Source: Diplonema japonicum
Lineage: Eukaryota > Protista > Euglenozoa: Diplonemea
Direction: 5' to 3'
Assembly (NCBI GenBank): GCA_964019335.1
Contig: OZ025692.1
Coordinates: 248,001-312,000, forward strand
DNA length: 64,000 nucleotides
Every line of letters starts with the position of its first letter. The stretch's first letter is position 1. Below, in pieces: positions 9,910-20,702 of this stretch. Position numbers and translations under genes: made by a program. The notes below the pieces were generated by a model that saw only the letters and a list, made by a program, of their open reading frames with translations, was not told where the DNA came from and made no database searches.

Positions 9910-10788
9910 TCACCTCCGTACAAGGTGTCTGTCTTCACCTTGTACGTCTGGAACCGTTTGTGATATTTCAAGCGTGCTTTCTATGCTCCTTTTAAGAATC
10001 GGGAAAAGTGAGAATAAAACAACGTTTTCTGGTGTTACTCTGAGAAGTCTCGGAACGGTGCCTGCGTAGAACGCTGGGAGGCCACCTGCCCGGAATGTGG
10101 CTTGGATGGTGGTGAATAACGAGGGTGTTGTTGCTTGACCTTGCATCTTAGTCTTGATAGTGTCGAAGGGCTGCGTCCCGGCCACCGACCCGAATCCCGC
10201 CAGCACCCCGGCGGCACCATTGACAACAGATTCCCTCCACGAACCTGGTGAGGTAGCTGGGGCGGCTCTGACGAAAAACGATTGCAAAGGAAACCGAATA
10301 GCAGAGTTGAGCATGTTTTTTGTCGCCGTGGGAACTATTCCCTTGTACAAACCAGAAATACCGTGGTTCTTATATATATCGGTGAAGCAAGAACGGCCGT
10401 TTTTATAGCGATTTGGGTGTTTTATGAGGTTTGTCTTCACGGTCTCTTGAGGGATGATGACAAAGAGAGATGCTGCGAGGCCTCCTAAGAGGCCTCCGAT
10501 AAAGCTGCCTACCTTATGTGATGTGGCGTCGTGGACACCGAACCTGAAGCCGTGCTTGGGGACCCCACAGCAGACTACAACGCTCGCTCCTCGGTACATG
10601 CCCCGGACACCCTCGTTCCTTACTGTTTCACGGAGAACCCCGCTCATGGTTCCCTTTGTGCCTGCGTCTTGTAGCTGTAGCTGTGTCTTTGCAAACTCCG
10701 CTGGGTAGGACACCGTTGCCTCCACAGCCCCACCTATGCCACCCGCCATGCCCGATATCGCCCATTTTCTTTTCCCGTTTTCAGGCAT
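9910..10788 (-). CDS. Mitochondrial carrier (SLC25), tricarboxylate/citrate-carrier-like
   Basis: Three carrier signatures: PAEFAKTQLQ, PQETVKTNL, PFDTIKTKMQ. The stop overlaps a perfect AG|GTGAGT donor at 9913, so a further exon (9748-9643) is possible. Confidence 0.9.
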   Translation of the reverse strand: MPENGKRKWAISGMAGGIGGAVEATVSYPAEFAKTQLQLQDAGTKGTMSGVLRETVRNEGVRGMYRGASVVVCCGVPKHGFRFGVHDATSHKVGSFIGGLLGGLAASLFVIIPQETVKTNLIKHPNRYKNGRSCFTDIYKNHGISGLYKGIVPTATKNMLNSAIRFPLQSFFVRAAPATSPGSWRESVVNGAAGVLAGFGSVAGTQPFDTIKTKMQGQATTPSLFTTIQATFRAGGLPAFYAGTVPRLLRVTPENVVLFSLFPILKRSIESTLEISQTVPDVQGEDRHLVRR

Positions 10789-10842
10789 TTCCTCTGCCTC
10801 TTCCTGGGAGGTGGGGAATTTTTTTTTTTTTTTTTGAACGAT

Positions 10843-10885
<43 letters not shown>

Positions 10886-10934
10886 AGAAGTGAAGAACGA
10901 AAAAAAAAAAAAAAAAAATATGAGTTAAAGGAGG

Positions 10935-11181
10935 CCGGTGTTGGGCACAAGAACTGTCTACTTGATTACAGGGGGCGCGCCGCGGCTGAGTTGTAGCTTC
11001 TTCTGCGTTCCGCGTCGTGTCCTTAATGCGTGCGGTGTACAGCTCAACCCCAGCCGGTACGTCCCGGGTAACCAAGATTCTGTGCTCGTGTAGTTTGCTG
11101 CCTGTTCGTGTTCTTCCACTCGGGCGCTACCGGTGATGACCGACGAGGAGGTCAACAGCGAACAACACATCTGATGGTTTT
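10935..11181 (+). ncRNA. Candidate ~245-nt multibranched ncRNA with box C/D-like motifs
   Basis: Closing stem GTGTTG/CAACAC and two long hairpins with G-U pairs that mostly work on the + strand. GTGATGA at 11133-11139, CTGA at 11171-11174, then TTTT. Confidence 0.4.
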
Positions 11182-11214
11182 CTTATATTTTCATGTTATC
11201 CTCACCACCTGGAA

Positions 11215-11246
<32 letters not shown>

Positions 11247-13040
11247 AAGGGACAAAAAAATGGTTCCTCCCCCTCCCGGGTTTTTTTTTTCTCTTTTTTT
11301 TTTCTTCTTTCGTGTTCTTTTAACCCAGACTGGCACTAGCACTAAGGCTATCTATGGTGGAAAAGATTTTTTTTTTTCAAAATACTGAGGGAAAAAAAGG
11401 TGGAATTTTTTAAAGGATCTTCTCCTTCTGTTTTTTTTTTTTCTTTCTTTCTTTCTCTTTTCTTTTTCTTTTTGACGGGCTGGAAGGGTGGTGGGGGGGG
11501 GTGTTTTTTTGTTATTGGTTTTGCCTTCTTTCTCCTCCTTTTTTTTTTTCCTTCTTTTCTTTTTTTTTTTCTTCATAACAAATTACTTCGAAGTTTTATT
11601 GCAGCCGATAAAAAAAAACGAACAAAAATTGAGCAACTTCGATAGTTTCACACAAACGAAAAAAAAAAAAGAAAAGAAAGCAAAAAAAATAAGGGGAGAG
11701 AAAAAAAAGAGGATAATGAGAGGCAGGAGCTGACATTGAAAAGGGACAAAGTCACGTGTTGAGAAGGAAAAGTTTTTTTTGTCCCTTTTTTTTTTTCAAG
11801 AAAGGAAAGCCTCTGGTAAGGTTTTCGATGATTATTTTTTTTTTTTTTATGGACCCCACAACCTTGTGGGCTCTTTTTTTTTTTTTTTTTTTTTTTTTCC
11901 CAGGTGAGGAGGGGGGGGTGTGCCCATTTTGGAATTACGTTCGACAGGTAAAATTAACGCCCGGAATTTAATTTCTTTCAGAAACCAGCAGATCAGACTT
12001 AGTAGAACGTGATGGCCCTCTTCAAGAACAGTCCGGAGGGCCAGTCAAGCCCCTTTCAACCGTACAGTCGAATATAAAATGGAGAGATCCTTCGAGGCCG
12101 AAACACTTTTCTTTCCCTTGCCTTCTTTTTCTTCTTTTTTTTTTTTCCTTCAAGCACTACTTACAACTACATCCAAAGAAAAGAAGAGGGAAAAAAAAAA
12201 ATCTCGTCTCGAAAAAAAAAAAAATAAAATAAAAATAAAAAAAAGGGGGTGTGCCTCTCTTAAACAAAAGGCGAGACTTCTACTTCGGGCACTACTGGGA
12301 AGGAATAATAAAAAAAAAAAAAAATTGTTTGTGCAAGCCGTTTTCACCTACAGTGGGGATAAACGGGCAAGCTGCCTCTACTCCTCAATAACAATTATTT
12401 TCAAAACTTGTTTACTCAGCAGAAGAAAAAAAAAACGAATAAAAAAAAAAACGGAAGAAAGAAGTTCTTTTTTTTTTTTTTGTACTCTGCAGAAACCTCT
12501 CTGCGGGTTGGGGAAAGAGAAAGATTAGAGCAACGTAACTTTGCGGAAGAGGGGGGTGGGAAAAGAGTCGTTTTTCATTTTTTTTTTTTTTTTTTTTTTG
12601 TATGTCACTTACAGCAGAACTACCTAAAAGGAGTGCACAGCCGATTAATGGTGAGAAGGGGGGGGGAGAAAAATACCCTATGGTAAAACACCAAGAGCAA
12701 TTTTATTATTATGATGAGGCAGCTAAGCTGCAACAACTCTTACGGACTACAGACTATTTTCATGTTATCCCCACCACCATAGTGGTAAATAATAAATGGG
12801 AGGGTTGAAAAAAAAAATGAAAATGCTTTTTTTTTTCCTTTTTTTTTTTTTTTTTTTTTTTTTAAATACCGAAAACCCAACTCAAAAAGGGCGAAAGATA
12901 TAATGTCGCAGAAAAAAAGAATTTGTTTCATTCACTTCGGCTAAAGGAAGAGGGAGTGCACAGAGTAATTTACCCTCCTTCCCCCCCCCCTTTTTTTGTC
13001 GTTTACAACTCGCATTAAAAAAGGAAGAAGAAAAACCCTA

Positions 13041-15361
13041 TCAGGCCACGCACAACAGCAACAGAGAAACTAAAGTCAAAACCAGAGAAGGACCAACGAA
13101 ACCTGCATCCCCGGAAAGAGAAGTGACGGAAGGGCATTGGTTAGCAGTGTGGTAGTTAAGCGGAACACCGGCAAGGGAAAGAGTCCCGCAGGCCTATTTT
13201 TTTTTTTTTTTTTTTTTTTCTTCCCTTCTTTCTCCCATTTACTTTTAAAACATACCTCTCCAGTATAAAGACAGGCACTGCTGTATTGGCCAATCTTGCA
13301 CCATTGGCAGCTTGGAACGCACGATGCCTCATCCTTGTTTTGCAAGCAATCGGCCAACTGAGAAATCATTCTCGCACTGCACATCGTGGGGGCAGCAGTG
13401 GTAAGGGGAGCGGATGTCACAACCGGTTCAGGCGTTGCAGGGGCCGCAGTGGTCCCTGGTGCGAGAGTCTCGGGGACCTGCGTCTTCGCGACTCTAAAGG
13501 AGTTTTTTTTTTCTTTTCTTTTTTCTTTTTTCAATATAACATACCCGCCACGTCCACTGCACACCACGTTGTACGGCCAGCAAGTGATGCTGCCCTTGTA
13601 ACCCGAGGCGGTGACTGTCCCACCTGCTGTCGGGCAAGCTACCTTTTGGCTCGCACCGCTCGTCTTTTTTTTTTTTTTTTTTTTTTTTTTGTTGTTCAAA
13701 ATACAAACCTGGAACACCTCGACCGTGTAAGTACTGGCCGCCTCGTTGCACGACACCTTGAAGCACCTTGCTTCGTTGGACGAGACGTGGGACAGCCTGT
13801 TCGCAACCAAGTTGTCCGTCATGAAGCACCGCGACACCTGGCCGTAGGTGGAGCCGTAGTTTTCGGGGATACTTGTGACGCAGCTTGTCGTCCACTTGCA
13901 GTTCGCCCCAGAGCTGCAAGCGCCAGGAGTGGTCCTTTGCGCGCAGTCGGTCGGCAGGTCGGCACACGACCCGAAATGAGGGTAGCTTTCCGAAGTCGTG
14001 ACTGAGATGGGGCAGTAGTCGTACGCCGAGTTGCTACCACCCAGCGTCGGGTTTGCAGGGAAGTGCTGGTACTGCGTTTCCAGGCTGTCGTAATTCTGGA
14101 CGGAGCAGTAGGACATGGCTTCAAGCGTGACAGAGCACCTGCTGGGAAGGCACGGTCCGCGCGAGGGACCTCCACCCCCCGACGCGCACAGCAGGCTAAC
14201 TGACGGTGTCAGTGTGCTCCCCCTGTTGTCCACCCAGCAGTACTCCTCCCACGACCTGTCTGCCTCGCATGCCTTCGTGTTTCCAGGCGCCCCAAAGGTG
14301 CACCCCTTGTTCTTCCCCCACCACAGGTCGTCTGCCTCGCTGTACACCACGTCGTACACCCCTGTGTCCTTGAACAGGGCTAGAGTGATCTTGCTGATAG
14401 GCATGCTCACACCGTTTGAAAGCACACCCGTCATCGCCTCGTCACCAAGGGTGCGCTCCTCCCAGTGCGACCCCGCGGTGCCGGAACCACCTTGTTGCTC
14501 AATTGCAGCGCCTGTCAGCGAGGTGCAACCGTAGTGTTCGCGGACCTGGGCACGGACCTCAGGTGAGGTGATCTCACCGTTGGCGCCGAGGGGAGAGGTC
14601 CCACCGAACCACTTGCTGGGGTTCTTAAAAGAACTGCTGTCAAAACCCAGAACGTGGAAGATCTCGTGGATGGTGACCACTACATTCTTGCGGTGCTCGA
14701 GGGTATCGGTGGAGACGGGGGTGTTGAAATGCTCGGGGTTGAAGTTGACCAGCCCGGCGACTGGACGGTCATTCGACGTAGACGTGAAGCACCCCAAGGC
14801 CCACGCCACAGTACCACTGTTCGACACAGGCACGGCAGAGACGTAGATCAGGATGTCAGTGTTCGGGACAAGCTGCGTCTGGTGCACGTTGGGGATTTCC
14901 ACCCCGTTCATGTCACTCCTACCAGGACCACAGGACCCCGACCCGAGAGCAAAGGCATTCAAGCGCTCCACTTTGAATGCTTTTTGGATCCAACTCACGG
15001 CCTCGCTTAGCACGACTTTGAGGTAAGCGATAGCAGCTGCGTTCAGAACATGTGCTGAGGTGCAGGTTGTCATGCCTTGCCCGAAGGTAGGTATGGGCTG
15101 GCCTACCGCAGTGCACCAGCAGTTCTTGTTCCCAACACCATTCTCCCGGCATTTGTAGAGGCTTGCGTCGAATGCGGTTGTCATACGCAAGCTTTCGAAA
15201 TTGCTTTGAAGGGTTTGGCCGTGCCTCCCTGCGTTTACCTCGTTTATCGTAGAAAGGTTTAACTTTTTCATTTCCGGTTTCTCCAGTGCGTCGTGCATGC
15301 ATTTGTGCTCATGTCCTGACACGAAAGCCATTGCCACACACATACTTGCTAGCCGGAGCAT
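13041..15361 (-). CDS. GP63: Leishmanolysin / GP63 (peptidase M8) GPI-anchored zinc metalloprotease, 4 exons
   Basis: Signal peptide, pro-peptide HKCMHD, HEIFHVLGF zinc motif and GGSGTAGSHWEER. Introns at 13664-13708, 13494-13544 and 13194-13255. Splicing restores a hydrophobic GPI-signal C-terminus (…GPSLVLTLVSLLLLCVA*, stop at 13041). Confidence 0.93.
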
Positions 15362-15675
15362 GGTAGGGGGTGGTTTCTCCTTGTAAGAATTTTTTTGTGT
15401 ACTTAGCGAGAACAGTGAGCAAGCAGGGGGGAAAAGAAAAAAATAAAATGGGGTGAGAAAAGAATGTTTTTGTCGTCTTTTATTTATTTATTTTTCTTCT
15501 AAACGCCCGGAGCCTATCCACGGTACCCCCCCCTCCCTAAGTTACAGGTACCAAAATCAAATGAGAACACTTCATTATGCATACAACAGGAGGGGGTGTT
15601 TCGATTGGGCTAAAAAGAGCAGTGTTGAACTCTAGTCTGGAAACTTTTTTGCGGTTGTGGGATGAAAAAAAGCAA

Positions 15676-15873
15676 TTACGAGTTTTTTTCTTCCAGCTGG
15701 GGTAGCATGCAAGGATAAGGGGTTTTGCAATAGGGTGCAGCAGTTGTTTTTTTTTCGTGTTTTCGTGTTAGCCGCCCATCAAAGGAGATAACACTGTCGT
15801 CAACAGACAACCACTTGCCAGGGATCTGCACAGTCCTGCACCGGTTGACAATGATGTCAAGAAACCTACACAT
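15676..15873 (-). mobile_element. piggyBac-type (PGBD, DDE_Tnp_1_7) transposase remnant
   Basis: PGKWLSVDDSVISFDGRL matches the piggyBac PGxxLSVDESMIxFxGR motif around the first catalytic Asp. Bounded by stops, so degenerate. Confidence 0.65.
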
Positions 15874-16798
15874 GAGGTCTTACTGGTCAAGGCCAAATTT
15901 TGAACCTTCTGGATGGAAACGACCGTTAACTAAAACAGAACTTTTAACACACAAAAATATAGTTCCAAAGACAAAATAAACCGCGCAACAATGCCATATT
16001 TGAAGTCCAAGGGGCCGTGTTAAAAAAAAAAATTCTTTTTTTGAAATAAAGACAAAAAACCGTCCGCTTGGGGCGTTTAGGGGTTATTTTTTCTCTTTTT
16101 TTTTTTCTATAATATTTTTCTTCAAATGGGGTGTGTAAATCTTTTTTTTTTTTTTTTACTATTATTATTCTTAAGACATTCTTTTCATCTTTTTCCCCCC
16201 CCCTTTTTTTTCAATGTAAAACTGGAGAACTGGAGAGGAGAAGGAGAAAGAAAGAATGGGGGGGGGGGGGAGAAAGAAAAGAAAGTAGTTACTGGTTCCC
16301 AATGAGGCAATCACGAGTAAGAGAATAGTATATATCTAGAGTTCTGGAGTTCGGAGCAGTAATCTTTTTAAGCAAAAAAACGACAACAAGAATATGTTGG
16401 AAGACTTCAGCGGGGTTTTAAACAAGGTAAGGGGGGGGGGGGGGGGGGGGGGCACCATCAAATAGGCACGGTACTAACTTCGGTATTACACATAACATCC
16501 TTGCAGGTTAGAAACAGGCAGAAGTTTTCTTCTTTTTTTTTTTAAAGAGGAAATTTGGGAGGGCGAACCCCCCCCCCCCCCCCCCCCCCCCTACGAAATT
16601 TCTACTCTCTGAACTCCACTCCCGCATTTTTTTTTTTTTGTTAAGAGGAACGCAGCAAATGACAATAAACATGTCAGTATATACACAAGAAAAAAAAAAG
16701 AAAAAAAAGCGATGTCACATTCAAACCCCACTCGAGAGCCGCAGGCCCCTAGAAGAAGGGGAAGGGGGGGGGGGGGGGGGTATAGTCAGTAATAGGTA

Positions 16799-16900
16799 GC
16801 TCTCAGTTTCGGTCAAATCTCGCAGCTCCTCCAGGGTGCTGACCTCATCAGGCGAGAAAAGGGAGGGGCAAGGGACAAGCAGTGAGGGCACAACTAAGGC
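16799..16900 (-). ncRNA. Candidate type III hammerhead ribozyme
   Basis: CUGAUGA (16851-16845), stem II GGUCA/UGACC, GAAA, stem III CUUAGU/ACUGAG, GUU triplet (16894-16892). Stem I is only 3 bp. Confidence 0.35.
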
Positions 16901-16932
16901 AAGGCATGAAAAAAAAAAAAAAAAAAAAAAAA

Positions 16933-17364
16933 TTATTCTTCACTATAAAACATAACTGAAAGAAGCAGCCCCCCTAGAAAGACAGTGGTGAAGCACAAGG
17001 CCGACATAAAACTGCTATCTTGGTGGCTCCTGCTTTTCGGAGTGGCGAGAGTGTCAGAGAGAGAAGATGAGTCCTCGGTCCCACTAGCACCAGCAGGGGT
17101 AAAGTACTTTTCGTCAACAGTAGTTTCCGACAGGGTGTTGAGGCCTTCTTGGTGGTGAACGGCAAGGGGTGCAGCAGCATGACGTTTCAGAACCACCCAC
17201 TGCCCATCCCTCAGTTCCACTTCTTGATACGTGATTATGCTCTGCTCACTGTGTCTCGTCACACTGCTGCTGCTGGAAGGAACACTTTCTGAAGAGCACG
17301 ACAAGGAAGGAGTCACGGAAGGCTGCCTTCTCCGTGGCTCAGGGGACTCACTGCACGCATACAT
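16933..17364 (-). CDS. Small Ser-rich protein with C-terminal transmembrane segment (tail-anchored-like)
   Basis: MYACSESPEP… to …FTTVFLGGLLLSVMFYSEE*. The start at 17364 was preferred over 17607 because the upstream part crosses an A-rich spacer and a highly structured block. Confidence 0.6.
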   Translation of the reverse strand: MYACSESPEPRRRQPSVTPSLSCSSESVPSSSSSVTRHSEQSIITYQEVELRDGQWVVLKRHAAAPLAVHHQEGLNTLSETTVDEKYFTPAGASGTEDSSSLSDTLATPKSRSHQDSSFMSALCFTTVFLGGLLLSVMFYSEE

Positions 17365-17435
17365 ACTTTTCGTTGTCTCCCACCCCTCCCCCTTCCTTTT
17401 TTCTTTTCTTTTTTGTAAATGGGTAAAAACGGGAA

Positions 17436-17770
17436 GCATGAAGCATGAGCCCCTTGGGGGCGAAAGGGGGGAGGTGCCAAGTGGGATGCGGACAGGTCCG
17501 TCCTCCAGCTCCCGGCGCTCCTCGCCCAAGAAGTTCGCCCACTGTGGCACCGACCGAAGGGTGCGGCAGTGGGGCTGGGAGTGGAGGAAGAGGCCCACCA
17601 GGGGCATCCCCGAAGGGGGGGATGAAGAGGGCGTGGGAGGAGGCGGGACTGGAGGGGGTCCCCAACCAGTTGCTGGTAAATAGTTACCAGCCTAATGTGG
17701 ATCGCAGAGCACACCGACGACCGTGTGCTGGGGGGGATCGTGCCGATCCTCTCATTCGGACCACCGACGA
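17436..17770. ncRNA. Candidate ~330-nt highly structured RNA (family unassigned; some RNase P-like motifs on + strand)
   Basis: Closing stem GGTCCG/CGGACC, a nested rod of about 26 bp (CCTCCAG/CTGGAGG, TCCCG/CGGGA, CTCCTC/GAGGAG, CCA/TGG, CGCCC/GGGCG) and at least five local hairpins. Confidence 0.5.
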
Positions 17771-17836
17771 AAATGTGTTTTGAAATTCAGAAAAAAAAAA
17801 AAAAAAAAGAAAAAAAAAGAAAAAAAGAAAAATTCC

Positions 17837-18376
17837 TCATTCCGTCTGTGTGTCCACATGCACAGTCTGCGGTATGACACTGTCTTGATGGGGCTCGCTA
17901 TGGCAGTTTAAAACTTGCCCCGCTCGTTGGAAGGCTAGGTATTCGATAAAAGTGTTGCTTGTTAAAACAGAAGTGACCCTGCTGTCTGGGTGTGTGCGTG
18001 TGTATGAGTTGAGCAACGAGAGTAGCTTTCGAGGCTCAACAGACGAAAGGCGGTTCAAGAAAGGATACCGGCCGTCAGAGTAGGATTTGAAGACACCCTG
18101 TACATCCCGTTTAATCCCCGCGGAGGGTCTTGTGCAGGTGAGCAGCATCACAGGTGGCTCCCTGTCGTGGTGTAGATGGTCTGGTAGCTCGTAGGCCTCC
18201 CAGTCCCCCTTTATGCTGTAAGATTCTATTGCGCTATTCCCGAAAGGTCCCTTTTGTGCTTCTGTTTCGAACCCTCCCCCAAACCCTTCAGCAGGCTGCA
18301 CCGGGACTGGTGACGCCGCCTGTTGTTTTGCTGCACTCGCTGCTGTTTTTTTTATCTTCTTCTTTGGACGTGGCAT
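17837..18376 (-). CDS. Hypothetical protein with basic N-terminus (possible NLS)
   Basis: MPRPKKKIKK start after an A run, then about 180 aa of non-repetitive sequence. Confidence 0.65.
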   Translation of the reverse strand: MPRPKKKIKKTAASAAKQQAASPVPVQPAEGFGGGFETEAQKGPFGNSAIESYSIKGDWEAYELPDHLHHDREPPVMLLTCTRPSAGIKRDVQGVFKSYSDGRYPFLNRLSSVEPRKLLSLLNSYTRTHPDSRVTSVLTSNTFIEYLAFQRAGQVLNCHSEPHQDSVIPQTVHVDTQTE

Positions 18377-20010
18377 TTTTTTTCTCCTCCCCCCCCCCCC
18401 CCCCAAAGTGGTGGCCTCTTTTTTTTTTTTTTTTTTTGTAAGAAGCGGGGGGCAAAACAATAGAGAGAAAAGATATCGTTTTTTTTTTTTTTTTTTTTTT
18501 TTTGTTTTTGTTTTTGTTTCGTTTTTTTTTTTTTTTTCTCGCTTCTTTTTTGGAGCTGCGGGCGGAACAGGAAAAAAAAAAAGAGGGGGGAGAAAAATCG
18601 TTATCAAAGTTTTTTTTTATAAGGGAAAGAAGGGAGATGTGAGAGATAGGTGACAACAAAAGAGAAAAGAGGGGGGGGGGGGGATGGAAGAAGAAGAAAA
18701 AAAAAAGAGAAAAGAGGGTGATCTTAGGGTATTAATAGGGAGGGATTTCTTTTTTTTTTTTTTTTTCCTTCCGAAATATCGTAGCGAAAAAATGGATTGT
18801 GTCTCAGCAACTTCTTTTTTTTTTTATTCAGTACATCTTTAGCATTTAAAAATAAATCAAGCGGGGGGGGGACAAAAAAAACGAGAGGGGTAAATATAAA
18901 GAACAAGTACCTGCATAGGCCAAGCTTGACTATAAAAGGTTTGCTTTCCCAATAGCCAAGGGGAGACCTGCAAGTACCTGGGAGGATAAAAAATAAAATT
19001 GGGTTTAAAAATATCTAAAAAGAGCAAAGAAGATAGCTCCCCCTTTTTTTTTTTGATTTTTACACATCAGTTTTGAAGGGGAAAAGAAAACTGCGTGCTT
19101 TTCTTTCTTCTTCTTTTTTTTCTTGAAATTACTCCACGAGTTGTGTGAAGAGCCTAAGGTACGAGAAGCCTGGAGAGTCAGGGTGAAAGCCCGGGCTCTA
19201 TTCCAAGTATAGGAGTACCTGAACACATTCCTCTGTAATGATGTTAGCGGCTATTTCCTTTTCTTTACGCGTTACAAATGTGTGCCACTCCGACTATTTC
19301 TCTTTCTCTTTTTTTTTTCTTTCTTTCTTTTACTTTCATAGTTATTTCTTCCCGGCCCTCTTTCCTCAGATAAAAAAGAGAAAAAAAAAGAAAAAACTAA
19401 AACCATGCTCCAAAAAGAAATCAAAGGGAGAAAAAAAAAAAAAAAAAACAGGGGTGAAAAAAAAAAAAACACTGGGAAAACACAAAAAAAAAAAAGAAAA
19501 AGAAATGATCAGCGAGAAAAGGAAGAAGGTGAGGGGAAAAAGAGAAGAAAAAAAAAGATAGGACCAGCCTCAAATCCTTTTTTGCCTGAAGTTTCTTATT
19601 CCGGTAAGCTTTTTTGGCAGATGTCCTCTTTTTTTTCTTCTTTTTTTCCCCCTCTATCCTATCCTTCAAAATTCGCCCCCTTTGAAAAAAAATTAAAACC
19701 ATTACCTTTTTTTTTGGTTCCCCACCCCCCCCACCCCGGATTTTTTTTCTTCTTTTTCATTTTTTTTATTGTATTTTTTTTTTTTTTTTTTTTTTTCCCC
19801 CAAACCCTAACCCTCTCTTTTCCTTTTTCTTCTTCCTTTTTCTCGTTGCGAAAAAAGAAAAAGGAGGGTGGCAGAGGGGTCGGGAGAGAGAGTAAAAAAA
19901 AAAAAAAAAAAAAGAAGAAGAAAAAGAATGAAACGACAACGACAGCAACTAAAAAAGAAAATACACATGCAATCACATTTGTTTCCCCCCCCTTTTTTTT
20001 TTCCTCTCCC

Positions 20011-20669
20011 CTAGTCCTTCTTCGTGCTCTTTACCTTCTCCACGACGGTTTTAGCAGCTGCCTCAATTTGCTTGGTTTTCTTCAGAACTTCGCTCTGCAG
20101 CCCGCCCACAATCCTCACATCGTTTCCGTACTTCTTGATCATGAAGGGCTCCTCAATGTACTTCGAGAATAAAATGGCAGAAATGTGGCAAATGGCCGCA
20201 ATAACCCCCACCCTGTATGATGAGGTGATCAAAGCAGCACCGTAGTAACCAGCGTAACCCATCACAGCCTCTGTAGGTTTTTTTTTCTTTCTTTCTTTCT
20301 TTCTTTTTTTTTTTTTTTCATACCGGGGTTGTTCAGGTACCTGTAGATGCCAGAGTACGTGATTTTGTGAGGCACAGAGGTGATGAAAAAATCACCGTAA
20401 AACCAACCGAAGTCGCCCAGCACAGTGTGCACTGCGTTCGATACGTACAGGTTCAAACCGACAAGGAGCTGTTTGAAAATGGTTTTTTTTTTTTTTTTTT
20501 TTTTTTTTTTCTTTTTTTTTTTGTATGTCATACGATCCCGCAGCTGATCTTGAAACAGTAAAACGGGTAGTCACCAGGCCTGATGATGGTGTTCTCCGGC
20601 ATGAACGCGAAACAATGCCAGCACACCACTGTGAACAACGCGTGGTTCATCGTCAGCGACAGGTTGTAA

Positions 20670-20702
<33 letters not shown>

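Noticed and set aside
11985-12105. Hairpin TGGCCCTC/GAGGGCCA as a possible H/ACA-like RNA
   Set aside because: Single stem without a properly placed AGA/ACA box or a recognisable target; insufficient evidence.
19802-19814. AAACCCTAACCCT as telomerase template or interstitial telomere
   Set aside because: Under two repeats, in low-complexity spacer with no surrounding structure.
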